From Cyanobacteria bacterium OH_CDB_20 (GTDB lineage: Bacteria; Cyanobacteriota; Vampirovibrionia; Gastranaerophilales; Gastranaerophilaceae), in the NCBI GenBank assembly GCA_023415935.1, contig JAEZIX010000062.1:15105-79104 (forward strand): 64,000 nt of DNA. Direction: 5' to 3'. The stretch's first letter is position 1, and each line of letters begins with the position of its first letter. The notes beneath the pieces were generated by a model. It was not told where the DNA came from. It worked only from the letters and a program-made list of their open reading frames with translations, and did no database searches. This document shows, in pieces, positions 29,599 through 37,792 of this stretch. The position numbers were made by a program, and so were the translations under genes.

Positions 29599-29937
29599 CT
29601 ATATTGAAATTTGCATAATTTTTTCATACGATTGGAGGACTTTTGATGTAACTTGAGTAGCGAGGTTAATTCCAATTTCAGCTTTTGAAACAGCCGCCAT
29701 TATATCGTGAACATCAACGTTTTGGTTGCCCATTAAATGGTCCTTCAAAAGTTCATCAGGCTTGTTTGCTTCTTGATTTAAATTTTCTACTAAACCTGAC
29801 ATCACCGATTTAAAATTCGTAGTTTCAGGCTGCTCGATAGATGGCATGCGCATGCCTTGAACACCTGTATCTGTAAATTTAGAAGATTCAATCCTTCCAA
29901 ACATATCAATATTGGGTACTAATTTTTCATTAAGCAT
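29599..29937 (-). CDS. fliE: flagellar hook-basal body complex protein FliE
   Basis: C-terminal HDIMAAVSKAEIGINLATQVTSKVLQSYEKIMQ is typical of FliE. Confidence 0.85.
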   Translation of the reverse strand: MLNEKLVPNIDMFGRIESSKFTDTGVQGMRMPSIEQPETTNFKSVMSGLVENLNQEANKPDELLKDHLMGNQNVDVHDIMAAVSKAEIGINLATQVTSKVLQSYEKIMQISI

Positions 29938-29950
29938 AATTTTATATTCC

Positions 29951-30577
29951 TTATCCTAAGTAATTTGCTAAAATTGATTTTACATAATTTTGTGTTTCTT
30001 TAAACGGAGGAACACCGCCGTATTTATCAACATTTCCTGAGCCTGCATTATAAGAAGCAAGCGCAAGAATCAAGTTACCATTATATTTTTCAAGTTTTGC
30101 CTTAATATATTTAACTCCACCTTCTATATTTTGGATTGGATCGTATGGATTTTTAACACCAAGACCTTTTGCTGTTCCAGGCATCAGCTGCATTAAGCCC
30201 ATTGCCCCACAGTGAGAAGTTGCATTAGGGTTAAAACCTGACTCTTGTTTTACAATTGCCTGAATTAGCTTTTCATCTACACCGTATTTTTGAGAAACTT
30301 TTGATATAATATCTAAAATTCTTGCTTTAGAAACTTTTCCAACAGTCGTTGGTTCAGAAGCTGCTACGATTTCTTCCTGATTAACAACTTTGAATCTTGA
30401 TTCGTTTACGTTAGATGATTTTAATACCTCAGCAAACTTTTCTACTGATGAATCAGAAGGATTTTCAAGATTTGACTTGTTAATTCCCGCAACATAATTT
30501 TTGAGCTCAACAATTCTTTGAACTGCCGCATCTTTACCGCTTGTATTTATCAAATTCTGAATATTTTGTGAAAACAT
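29951..30577 (-). CDS. lytic transglycosylase (SLT domain) embedded in the flagellar operon
   Basis: ESGFNPNA...GAMGLMQLMPGTA and YNAG motifs of family 1 lytic transglycosylases. Confidence 0.85.
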   Translation of the reverse strand: MFSQNIQNLINTSGKDAAVQRIVELKNYVAGINKSNLENPSDSSVEKFAEVLKSSNVNESRFKVVNQEEIVAASEPTTVGKVSKARILDIISKVSQKYGVDEKLIQAIVKQESGFNPNATSHCGAMGLMQLMPGTAKGLGVKNPYDPIQNIEGGVKYIKAKLEKYNGNLILALASYNAGSGNVDKYGGVPPFKETQNYVKSILANYLG

Positions 30578-30623
30578 TTTTAACTTAACTTCCCTTAATC
30601 AACAACCCTAAATATGTATATTA

Positions 30624-31070
30624 TTAACCTTGTCCTATGTTAGCTGCCCTTTCTGCCATAGTTTTTGAGATATTCAATACAGCCAAACTGGCTTCATAAG
30701 CTCTTTGAGCCATAGAGGCATCTGCTATTTCAACCATCGGATTAACGTTAGATGTTCTAATATATCCATTTTTATCAGCATCAGGATGCCCCGGACGGTA
30801 AATTCTATCCCCTAAAGTTGGATCTTCAACAACTCCTGTAAGAGCAACACCACCTTGGAGAAAAGGAATCGTACCAACTCCAAATACATCTTCTTTCATG
30901 TTATTTAAAACACCTGCGAACGAAACATCGTCAGTTGCATTAATTACAGCAATTTTTCTTACGTAATTAGGAGTATCAAGGTTTGCAATGTTTTTTGCAG
31001 CAATATCAAGCCTTTTCCCGTGTACGTAAAGACCTTTTGTTCCGATATCAAAAGCATTCATTATACTCAT
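30624..31070 (-). CDS. flgC: flagellar basal-body rod protein FlgC
   Basis: N-terminal AAKNIANLDTPNY and a C-terminal rod heptad region. Confidence 0.9.
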   Translation of the reverse strand: MSIMNAFDIGTKGLYVHGKRLDIAAKNIANLDTPNYVRKIAVINATDDVSFAGVLNNMKEDVFGVGTIPFLQGGVALTGVVEDPTLGDRIYRPGHPDADKNGYIRTSNVNPMVEIADASMAQRAYEASLAVLNISKTMAERAANIGQG

Positions 31071-31072
31071 AA

Positions 31073-31423
31073 TTAGCTACCTACTGTTATTACCTTTTTC
31101 ATTTCATTAATTAAAGCTGTTAATCTTCTTGTTGCCACCGTATAAATGATTGAATTTTTTTGCATTTGAGCAAGTTCTGATGCAACATTTATTGGACCTT
31201 GCTCACACTCTTGAATAACTGCAGAAGGTCCCAATTTTGATGATAATTTTGTCTCAAGAGGGCTGTTAATTGAACCCAAATACTGACTGAAATTAACATC
31301 TTTTCTTACATATCCAGGAGTATCGACATTTGTAATATTAGAACCGATAGCTCTTTGTTTTTGAGCTACCAAGTCTAAAACTAAATTTACTTTTCCAAAA
31401 GAATCATTCGGAGTATACATCAC
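31073..31423 (-). CDS. flgB: flagellar basal-body rod protein FlgB
   Basis: GSNITNVDTPGYVRKD motif. Size and position upstream of flgC fit FlgB. Confidence 0.85.
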   Translation of the reverse strand: MMYTPNDSFGKVNLVLDLVAQKQRAIGSNITNVDTPGYVRKDVNFSQYLGSINSPLETKLSSKLGPSAVIQECEQGPINVASELAQMQKNSIIYTVATRRLTALINEMKKVITVGS

Positions 31424-31441
31424 TTCAACCCTTTATTTATT

Positions 31442-32158
31442 TTATTGATTTAAATTTATTGACTTATTATACATGTCATCAATGGCTTTCATCAGTTTGA
31501 AACTTGCAAGCATTGAAGCATTCAGCCTCATTACTTCGTTAACCTGGTCATACATATTTACATTTGAATATTCAAGATACCCCTGTTTAACTTTTTTGTG
31601 GTCTTTAATTAAAATAGGTTCTCCAGATTCAGCAGTAACAAGATATTTGTTGTTGTCAGAAGATTTTAGACCTTCTGGATTTTGGAAATTAACAATTGGT
31701 ATTGTACCTACAACTTCTTCTTTTCCAGTAGAAGCATCTTTTATTACAGCAACATCACCGTTTGGCTTTATGTTTAAATAATCGTAATTTGCAGGAAGTT
31801 TTATACCGTCACCCACAAGGCACTCGTCGTTAGTGACAATATATCCGTTAGCATCTACTTTAAAGCTGCCTTCTCTTGTATAAGTTACATCTCCTGTTTT
31901 AGAAGTAACAGGAATAAACCCGATACCATCAAGAGCAATATCTAAAGATTTATCAGTTCTTCTTGCAGAGCCAACTTGATAATCTTTTCTTAACACGCCA
32001 TTTAGATATCCGTTTTCATCTAAAATTTGCTCAAAACGAACAGCTTTATAACCTGTGGTGTTATAATTTGCAACATTTGAAGTAACATAACCCAATTTTT
32101 CAAACTGGGTGTTTGCATTTATTATATTTCTTCTAATTAAACCTTGAAATGATGACAT
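31442..32158 (-). CDS. flgG: flagellar basal-body rod protein FlgG-like
   Basis: SNVANYNTTGYK N-terminal motif and a C-terminal GYLEYSNVNM...MRL rod domain. Confidence 0.8.
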   Translation of the reverse strand: MSSFQGLIRRNIINANTQFEKLGYVTSNVANYNTTGYKAVRFEQILDENGYLNGVLRKDYQVGSARRTDKSLDIALDGIGFIPVTSKTGDVTYTREGSFKVDANGYIVTNDECLVGDGIKLPANYDYLNIKPNGDVAVIKDASTGKEEVVGTIPIVNFQNPEGLKSSDNNKYLVTAESGEPILIKDHKKVKQGYLEYSNVNMYDQVNEVMRLNASMLASFKLMKAIDDMYNKSINLNQ

Positions 32159-32173
32159 TATCTACCTCATTTA

Positions 32174-32881
32174 TTAACTGCTAAGTTTTGAAATTGTTGT
32201 TGAAAGTAATGAAGACTGCATTTGGAAGAGAACTCTGTTTGCCTCAAAATTTCTTTTAACAGGTATTGCCTGTAAAAATTCTTGCTCAATTGAAACATTT
32301 GAAAATTCATTGAACCCTTGTCTTATGTTAGGGGCAAGAACTGCAACCCCTTCGTTTGTAACAACAGAAATAGTTGAAACATAATCAAGTTTTCTTGTTT
32401 TAGCATTAAAGACCCTTACATTTCCATCTAAATCAATTTTTATATCGTCGAGTTTTTCCGGCACAATTGGAAGTTTTATAGGCGTACCGTCATTTGCCAA
32501 TACTTTTTCATTTTCAAGACTAAGGAGATTGCCTTGTTTATCAAGTTTAAATCTTCCATCACGTGAAAGTTTTATACCGCCTTTTCCTGCAACCTGAAAA
32601 TAGCCTTTATTTGCAATTGCTAAATCTAATGGATTTTCAGTCATCAAAAGTCTTCCTACTGAATCATCAACAGCTGAAGAAAGCCCATGAACTCCTATAT
32701 ACTCAGAAAAAGAAGATACGACAGGATCTTTTCTTTGGTAACCAACCTTATCAAACCCATTAACATTTTCACTTGCGATAGCCATGAGTTCAGTCTGAAG
32801 ATGCATGGCTCTAAGGTTACAAGTCATACCATTATCAATGTAATTTAAACCGCCCTTTAAAAGCATACAGTTACCCTTCAT
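32174..32881 (-). CDS. flagellar basal-body rod protein FlgF/FlgG-like
   Basis: IASENVNGFDKVGYQRK and a C-terminal GFNEFSNVSIEQEF motif. The likely start is M6 at 32866, which has a GAAGGG RBS. Confidence 0.75.
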   Translation of the reverse strand: MKGNCMLLKGGLNYIDNGMTCNLRAMHLQTELMAIASENVNGFDKVGYQRKDPVVSSFSEYIGVHGLSSAVDDSVGRLLMTENPLDLAIANKGYFQVAGKGGIKLSRDGRFKLDKQGNLLSLENEKVLANDGTPIKLPIVPEKLDDIKIDLDGNVRVFNAKTRKLDYVSTISVVTNEGVAVLAPNIRQGFNEFSNVSIEQEFLQAIPVKRNFEANRVLFQMQSSLLSTTISKLSS

Positions 32882-32896
32882 ACTAATACATGTTTC

Positions 32897-32924
32897 TTTA
32901 TAATGATATAAAATTAGAAGTCAA
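32897..32924 (-). promoter_or_regulatory. candidate sigma-70-type promoter of the flagellar operon
   Basis: The minus strand reads TTGACT-N16-TATAAA, just upstream of the first rod gene. Confidence 0.4.
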
Positions 32925-33045
32925 AATAAATCCTCTAATAGTTATAACTCAATTCTTTTTATTGTAATGATTTCAACTAAATAGTGTATATTTAAGATAA
33001 AAATTTTTATTGTATGCTAAAATGAAAATGAGGAGCAACTTTTGT

Positions 33046-33525
33046 ATGAGAATGAGATGGTATGATAGGGATCAAACAGTAAGTCTTGCCATGAGTATTA
33101 TTAAAAACTCAAATGAAAAGGCACAACTGAGAGTCGCTAAATTAATAGTAAGAAAACTGAATGAATTTGGAGTAACAAAAAACTACACAATTTTCCAAAG
33201 ATTCGAAGGTTTTATAAAAAGATGGTATGACGAAAATGACGAGCTTTTTGAATCATTTGAAGCACTAAAAGCAGCTCCGAGAAAAATACAAAAAGAAATA
33301 GCTCTTGAAATCATTAATTTCTTACATGAACTTGAAGCTCAAGAAGCAAAACAATTAAAAGATTCAATTTCAATTGATGAAATTTCAACAACACCTGTAA
33401 AAGAAGAAATCACTACAACTGAAACTAGTAACACACCTGTCATAGTAAGTAATACAACTCTTTTAATTAATAGTGATGATGATATGGAAGAGAATATAGA
33501 AAAAGATGCAGAAAACGCTACATAA
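33046..33525 (+). CDS. hypothetical protein with two RWYDxD repeats and an acidic/T-rich tail
   Basis: GAGGAG RBS 11 nt before the ATG at 33046 (the track ORF starts at a TTG at 33010). The repeat motif is shared with 58575..58910. Confidence 0.55.
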   Translation: MRMRWYDRDQTVSLAMSIIKNSNEKAQLRVAKLIVRKLNEFGVTKNYTIFQRFEGFIKRWYDENDELFESFEALKAAPRKIQKEIALEIINFLHELEAQEAKQLKDSISIDEISTTPVKEEITTTETSNTPVIVSNTTLLINSDDDMEENIEKDAENAT

Positions 33526-34393
33526 TATTGTATTTTTACTACTATTGCTGACCTTTTCAATATTAACGCAGTCAAGAGCCGAAGCGCTAAAAGTCGGACT
33601 TGTTGAGGGGGCTTCTCAAACTTATATTGCTTCATCAACTGATGCAATAATCACAAACGCCCATACAAATAAAATAATTTGTAGACTTGACGGTATGAAA
33701 TTCTACACATTAAAAGCACATCCTAATACAATTGGAATAGTGATAAGTGGAAAAGAATATGACCTTGGCACAAACACATTGTCTGTAAAGTCAGAGAATG
33801 GATTTTTATCTACAAAAAAAAGGTGGTATAGAGGCGATTTTCTAATAAAAAATCAATCAAACACAATAACGATTATTAATAATGTGCAGTTAGAAGATTA
33901 TTTAATGGGAGTTGTTCCTTCTGAAATGCCTTCAAAGTGGAATGAAGAAGCCCTAAAAGCACAAGCAATTGCAGCAAGAAGCTACGCAATCGCAAATATG
34001 GGAAAACACGCAAGTAAAGGCTACGACCTAAAAGATAATACCGAGGATCAAGTTTATGGTGGCGCAACATCAGAAACAGCCAAAACTAATAAAGTGGTAA
34101 TGGATACTCAAGGTATTGTAGTAACATACGACCATAAAATCATCCCTGCTTACTATCACGCAAGCGCAGGGGGGGTAACTAACAATTCCGGTGGTTTGTG
34201 GTATAAAGATCTGCCTTACCTTAAATCAGTGCCTGCATTTGACGATGGGATAAAAAGAATGGGACATGGGGTCGGAATGAGTCAATACGGTGCAAATAAT
34301 TTAGCTTCCCAAGGTTACAACGCATATCAAATCTTAAGTTATTTTTACAATAATATTAAATTCGGAAAACTTAGTCTTGACTGGAGCTTATAA
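33506..34393 (+). CDS. SpoIID/LytB-domain protein (lytic transglycosylase / amidase enhancer family)
   Basis: Signal peptide present, with EALKAQAIAARSYA and YHASAGGVT motifs. Confidence 0.85.
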   Translation: MQKTLHNIVFLLLLLTFSILTQSRAEALKVGLVEGASQTYIASSTDAIITNAHTNKIICRLDGMKFYTLKAHPNTIGIVISGKEYDLGTNTLSVKSENGFLSTKKRWYRGDFLIKNQSNTITIINNVQLEDYLMGVVPSEMPSKWNEEALKAQAIAARSYAIANMGKHASKGYDLKDNTEDQVYGGATSETAKTNKVVMDTQGIVVTYDHKIIPAYYHASAGGVTNNSGGLWYKDLPYLKSVPAFDDGIKRMGHGVGMSQYGANNLASQGYNAYQILSYFYNNIKFGKLSLDWSL

Positions 34394-34496
34394 AAATAAT
34401 CCTTTGTTTTCAATGCTTCCAGACATTTTATTTTTAAAAACTAAGTATGCGTTTTAGCAATAATAACAATTTTAATAAGAAATTGTAACAAAATGC

Positions 34497-34524
34497 TTGC
34501 TAAAACTAGAAAAATAGGTATAAT
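34497..34524 (+). promoter_or_regulatory. sigma-70-type promoter of the HU gene
   Basis: TTGCTA-N16-TATAAT, followed by an AGGGAGG RBS at 34541. Confidence 0.55.
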
Positions 34525-34552
34525 AGCTCATGTAAACAAAAGGGAGGTTCTT

Positions 34553-34825
34553 ATGAACAAAGAAGAATTAGTAAAAGAAGTTGCTAAAAAAGCTAAAGTT
34601 TCACAAAAAGCTGCTGCTGATGTAATCGGTGCTACTATCGATACAGTACAAAAAACAGTTTCTAAAGGCAAAAAAGTTACTTTAGTTGGCTTTGGTACTT
34701 TCGAAGCAAGAAAAAGAGCTGCTAGAACTGGCCGCAATCCACAAACTGGCGCAACAATTAAAATTGCTGCAAAAACAGTTCCTGCATTCTCTGCTGGTAA
34801 AAAATTCAAAGAAATCGTTAAATAG
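34553..34825 (+). CDS. hup: DNA-binding protein HU
   Basis: MNKEELV...GFGTFEARKRAARTGRNPQTG...F.AGK is a full-length HU signature. The start was chosen at the RBS-preceded ATG. Confidence 0.95.
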   Translation: MNKEELVKEVAKKAKVSQKAAADVIGATIDTVQKTVSKGKKVTLVGFGTFEARKRAARTGRNPQTGATIKIAAKTVPAFSAGKKFKEIVK

Positions 34826-34850
34826 TTTTCTATTTAACTTTTTTTGTTTT

Positions 34851-34888
34851 AAGCCCCTTAGACCTATTGTTTAAAGGGCTTTTTTATT
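34851..34888 (+). terminator. rho-independent terminator after hup
   Basis: AAGCCC (34851-34856) pairs with GGGCTT (34875-34880), followed by TTTTTATT. Confidence 0.6.
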
Positions 34889-34894
34889 GCAAAT

Positions 34895-34927
34895 AAAATA
34901 GCTCTTCAGGAATTGAAGAGCTATTTT
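34895..34927. terminator. 14-bp perfect hairpin, probable terminator for the convergent AAA+ gene
   Basis: AAAATAGCTCTTCA (34895-34908) pairs with TGAAGAGCTATTTT (34914-34927). T-runs are present on both strands. Confidence 0.65.
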
Positions 34928-34934
34928 CCTTTTA

Positions 34935-36530
34935 TTATGCAGCCAATTTTTCATCTTGATAAGAAGGCGCGCTGAAACCTATCGGATTCTTTTTAGGTGC
35001 TTGATTTTTCTTTTGGAACAGTTTTAATGCTGCTTCAAAATCTTCATTTGTCAATTTCATACTCACAAGATCTTTAACATCAAAAGTACCTGTATCCATT
35101 TTTTCATAATATCCTAATCTTTGATAAGCATTTGATTTTGCTTCATTAACGATAAATGCAATATCAGCACCTGTTACTTTTGCATCATAAAGTTTTTTCG
35201 CAAAATCATTTTTAGCAAAACTTTCATCAACTTTTTTGTTACTTAAGTTCAGGTCTAATATTTTGACACATCCTGCATAATCAGGTTTATCAACTTTTAT
35301 GTGGTGTCCAAACCTACCTGATCTTGTAATAGCGCTATCTAAGAGTTCCGTTCTATTTGTTGCGGCAACTACATAAACTTGAGTATTGTTCTTTTCTAAA
35401 TCGCTCATTATTGTAAGAAGTTGGTTAACGACTTTATCATCATATCTTGAGATATCAGAGCCGCCTCTTTGCATTGCAACAGCGTCAAATTCGTCAATAA
35501 ATATTATGCAAGGTTGATGTTTTTCAGCTTCAGCGAACAATTTTCTCCAATTTTCTTCTGTTTCTCCAACCCATTTTGAGCCTAATTCTAAGCCGTTTAG
35601 CTTGATGAAATATGCATCTGACTCATTTGCTAAAGCCTGAGCCATAAGTGTTTTACCTGTACCTGGTTCACCTTCTAGAAGGACTCCATGGCTATGATTA
35701 TCATCATCAGCAATTTCAGGATATTTTATTGGAAAAACAACTGCTTTCTTTAGCTGAGCAATAGCTTCATCCTGACCACCTACATCACTAAAAGTAATCT
35801 TCTTAGGTTTTTTAACCTGTTTTTCGAGATTACTAATTAATCTGGATAAATGCTTAGAGTTTAACTTGGTAATTGCACCTTGGTCTAAACCTGAAAGATT
35901 GTATACTTTTATACTGCTTTTATCAAGATTTTTTGCGTCAGATGATTCAAATTCCTTCAGATTAAAACTAAAATCTCCGACTGATATTGTTGAATTTGCA
36001 GGTATGAAAGAACTTTGACCTTTTTCAAGTTGTCCTTCTACTTCTTTTCCTTGTGAAACAAATTTTACCTTAAGCGGCTCTTTATTTAGTGATAATGCGT
36101 GCGGAAAACCGTTTTCATTCAGAAAAAAAGCAACTGAACCTTTAATTGAAGGTTCTTTTATAAAGAAAACTTTTTTTATAACTGTATTAATCGAATCAAC
36201 AGATTCTTCAAGAAGAGCTTCAGACTCATTGATACTACTCCCCACCAGAACTACATCATTTTGCCCGATTGTTTGAATTGCAGTTGATAAACCAGATTCA
36301 AAAGGTGTTTTTGATGTTTTATCAACAGATGGCGGCAATGTTTCTTCACCAAAAGAAATCATTTTTGGTTTATTGACTAACAAACGACCATAATTGCTGT
36401 CTATTAAGCCAATTGAAGGCTTTTCAGCATTATAATCTTTTTTCTCAAACTCATTTTTGGCAGCTGAATAACTGCCAGGGAAGGCTGCTTTGTAAGCCAA
36501 GCCAACCCCATTGTTGAAAGAAACTTTCAC
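34935..36530 (-). CDS. AAA+ ATPase (classic CDC48/FtsH-clade AAA module) with an unrecognised ~240-aa N-terminal region
   Basis: GTG start with an AAGGAGG RBS. Walker A GEPGTGKT, Walker B IIFIDEFD and second region of homology ATNR...D.A..R.GRF are present. Confidence 0.85.
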   Translation of the reverse strand: MKVSFNNGVGLAYKAAFPGSYSAAKNEFEKKDYNAEKPSIGLIDSNYGRLLVNKPKMISFGEETLPPSVDKTSKTPFESGLSTAIQTIGQNDVVLVGSSINESEALLEESVDSINTVIKKVFFIKEPSIKGSVAFFLNENGFPHALSLNKEPLKVKFVSQGKEVEGQLEKGQSSFIPANSTISVGDFSFNLKEFESSDAKNLDKSSIKVYNLSGLDQGAITKLNSKHLSRLISNLEKQVKKPKKITFSDVGGQDEAIAQLKKAVVFPIKYPEIADDDNHSHGVLLEGEPGTGKTLMAQALANESDAYFIKLNGLELGSKWVGETEENWRKLFAEAEKHQPCIIFIDEFDAVAMQRGGSDISRYDDKVVNQLLTIMSDLEKNNTQVYVVAATNRTELLDSAITRSGRFGHHIKVDKPDYAGCVKILDLNLSNKKVDESFAKNDFAKKLYDAKVTGADIAFIVNEAKSNAYQRLGYYEKMDTGTFDVKDLVSMKLTNEDFEAALKLFQKKNQAPKKNPIGFSAPSYQDEKLAA

Positions 36531-36643
36531 TTGGGATACCTCCTTATACTCTCGAAAAATACTTTAAGAGAGTGCTACTAATATACGCTTGGTAAAATAT
36601 TTATTCTAAATAATAGAGATATGGCACATTCGACACTCGCGTC

Positions 36644-36669
36644 GAAAAATCGAATTTTGAAAAATCGAA
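36644..36669. repeat. 11-nt direct repeat GAAAAATCGAA x2 (15-nt period) in the AAA+ leader
   Basis: Copies lie at 36644-36654 and 36659-36669. They abut the inverted repeat TTCGAC/GTCGAA at 36629-36646. Confidence 0.6.
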
Positions 36670-36757
36670 ATACAAATTTTAAAAACACTAAACAAAAAAT
36701 TCATAAATGCCCCTGCGCTAGTTTTGTATTAACTTAACTAAAAAATGGTATTTTCTA

Positions 36758-36785
36758 ATTCTAGCAATTTTTACCCGTTTGTCAA
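36758..36785 (-). promoter_or_regulatory. strong sigma-70-type promoter (extended -10) for the AAA+ gene
   Basis: The minus strand reads TTGACA-N16-(TGc)TAGAAT. It implies a 5' UTR of about 220 nt. Confidence 0.55.
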
Positions 36786-36874
36786 TAAGTGTACTTTGGA
36801 TACTTAATATTTGTTAATAAAATTAGTAGGAGTATCTATTACAAGATAACCCGAAAACAAGTCCCTAGAGTATA

Positions 36875-37156
36875 TTATGGGCATAAAGATTCCCAATCAA
36901 TATCATCTTCATCTTCATCGCCAGGCTCTTTTATCACACAGTCAGGGTCTGATAGCATTACTTGAAGAGTCCACTTTAGCTGTGTCTTGTAATTAGCTCT
37001 TGCAAGTTCCTGAGTTTTTGCGCAATATGCAAAAGATGGAATCTCCGCAATTTCAATATAGTGATATGTATTGCCGTTAAAATCCAAATCTGTGCCCTCT
37101 ACGAGGGTCCAGTCAAGGTTCATATAATAATCAATGTCTTTTTCTTCGTTACTCAT
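36875..37156 (-). CDS. small acidic protein with a HicB-like (UPF0150-type) fold signature
   Basis: YHYIEIAEIPSFAYCAKTQELARANYKTQLKW resembles the HicB N-domain. ATGAGTAA overlap with the upstream gene stop. Confidence 0.4.
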   Translation of the reverse strand: MSNEEKDIDYYMNLDWTLVEGTDLDFNGNTYHYIEIAEIPSFAYCAKTQELARANYKTQLKWTLQVMLSDPDCVIKEPGDEDEDDIDWESLCP

Positions 37157-37775
37157 CCAGTGACTTCTCACTCAAAGGCTGCGAAACCATAATACCTTCG
37201 CCACCTAATACATCTACTTGCTTGCCATCAAGGTACAGATAAATATTTTTATTTGGCGCATTTAAAAGCGCTGTCTTTATAAGTTGACGCATTCTTGAAT
37301 AAATACTGTCTGTTCCACCGCCGTATTGAAATTCTGAACTTAAGTCAATAATAACAGTATTTCCTTTTTGTTTTATGCTAATAAGTCTTGTGCCTTTAGG
37401 AATTTCATTGTATGTACCTTTTGTTTTTTCTGAATAAGAAGGTCCTTTTAAAAGTTCTGTTATTGCATAATCAAGTTTATTTTCTCCTTCAGGGACAGCT
37501 CTTTCAACCTTTTTAAAAACAGAACCTCTATCTTTATCTAATGAAAGAAAATAAACGTAGGTTTTTTCATGTTTATCTTGAACTTCTGCAGGTTTTTCAG
37601 CATTTTCTTCAACTTCTGGAGGAATGTTAGCCTCTTTTTCTTCGACAATTGCAGGTTTTTTGTTGAAAAAGTCTTGAACAAATTTAAACTGCTCATCTCC
37701 AAAGAATTTTTCTTTCACAAAGAAAAAAGATAAGACAAGTAATATTCCAACTACAATTTTAGAAAACCAACTCAT
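37149..37775 (-). CDS. GerMN domain-containing protein, N-terminal membrane anchor
   Basis: TM anchor present. LDYAITELLKGP...GT.L.S....G..V.IDLS...GG is the GerMN pattern. Confidence 0.7.
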   Translation of the reverse strand: MSWFSKIVVGILLVLSFFFVKEKFFGDEQFKFVQDFFNKKPAIVEEKEANIPPEVEENAEKPAEVQDKHEKTYVYFLSLDKDRGSVFKKVERAVPEGENKLDYAITELLKGPSYSEKTKGTYNEIPKGTRLISIKQKGNTVIIDLSSEFQYGGGTDSIYSRMRQLIKTALLNAPNKNIYLYLDGKQVDVLGGEGIMVSQPLSEKSLDE

Positions 37776-37792
37776 AAACTTTCCTTAATTTA

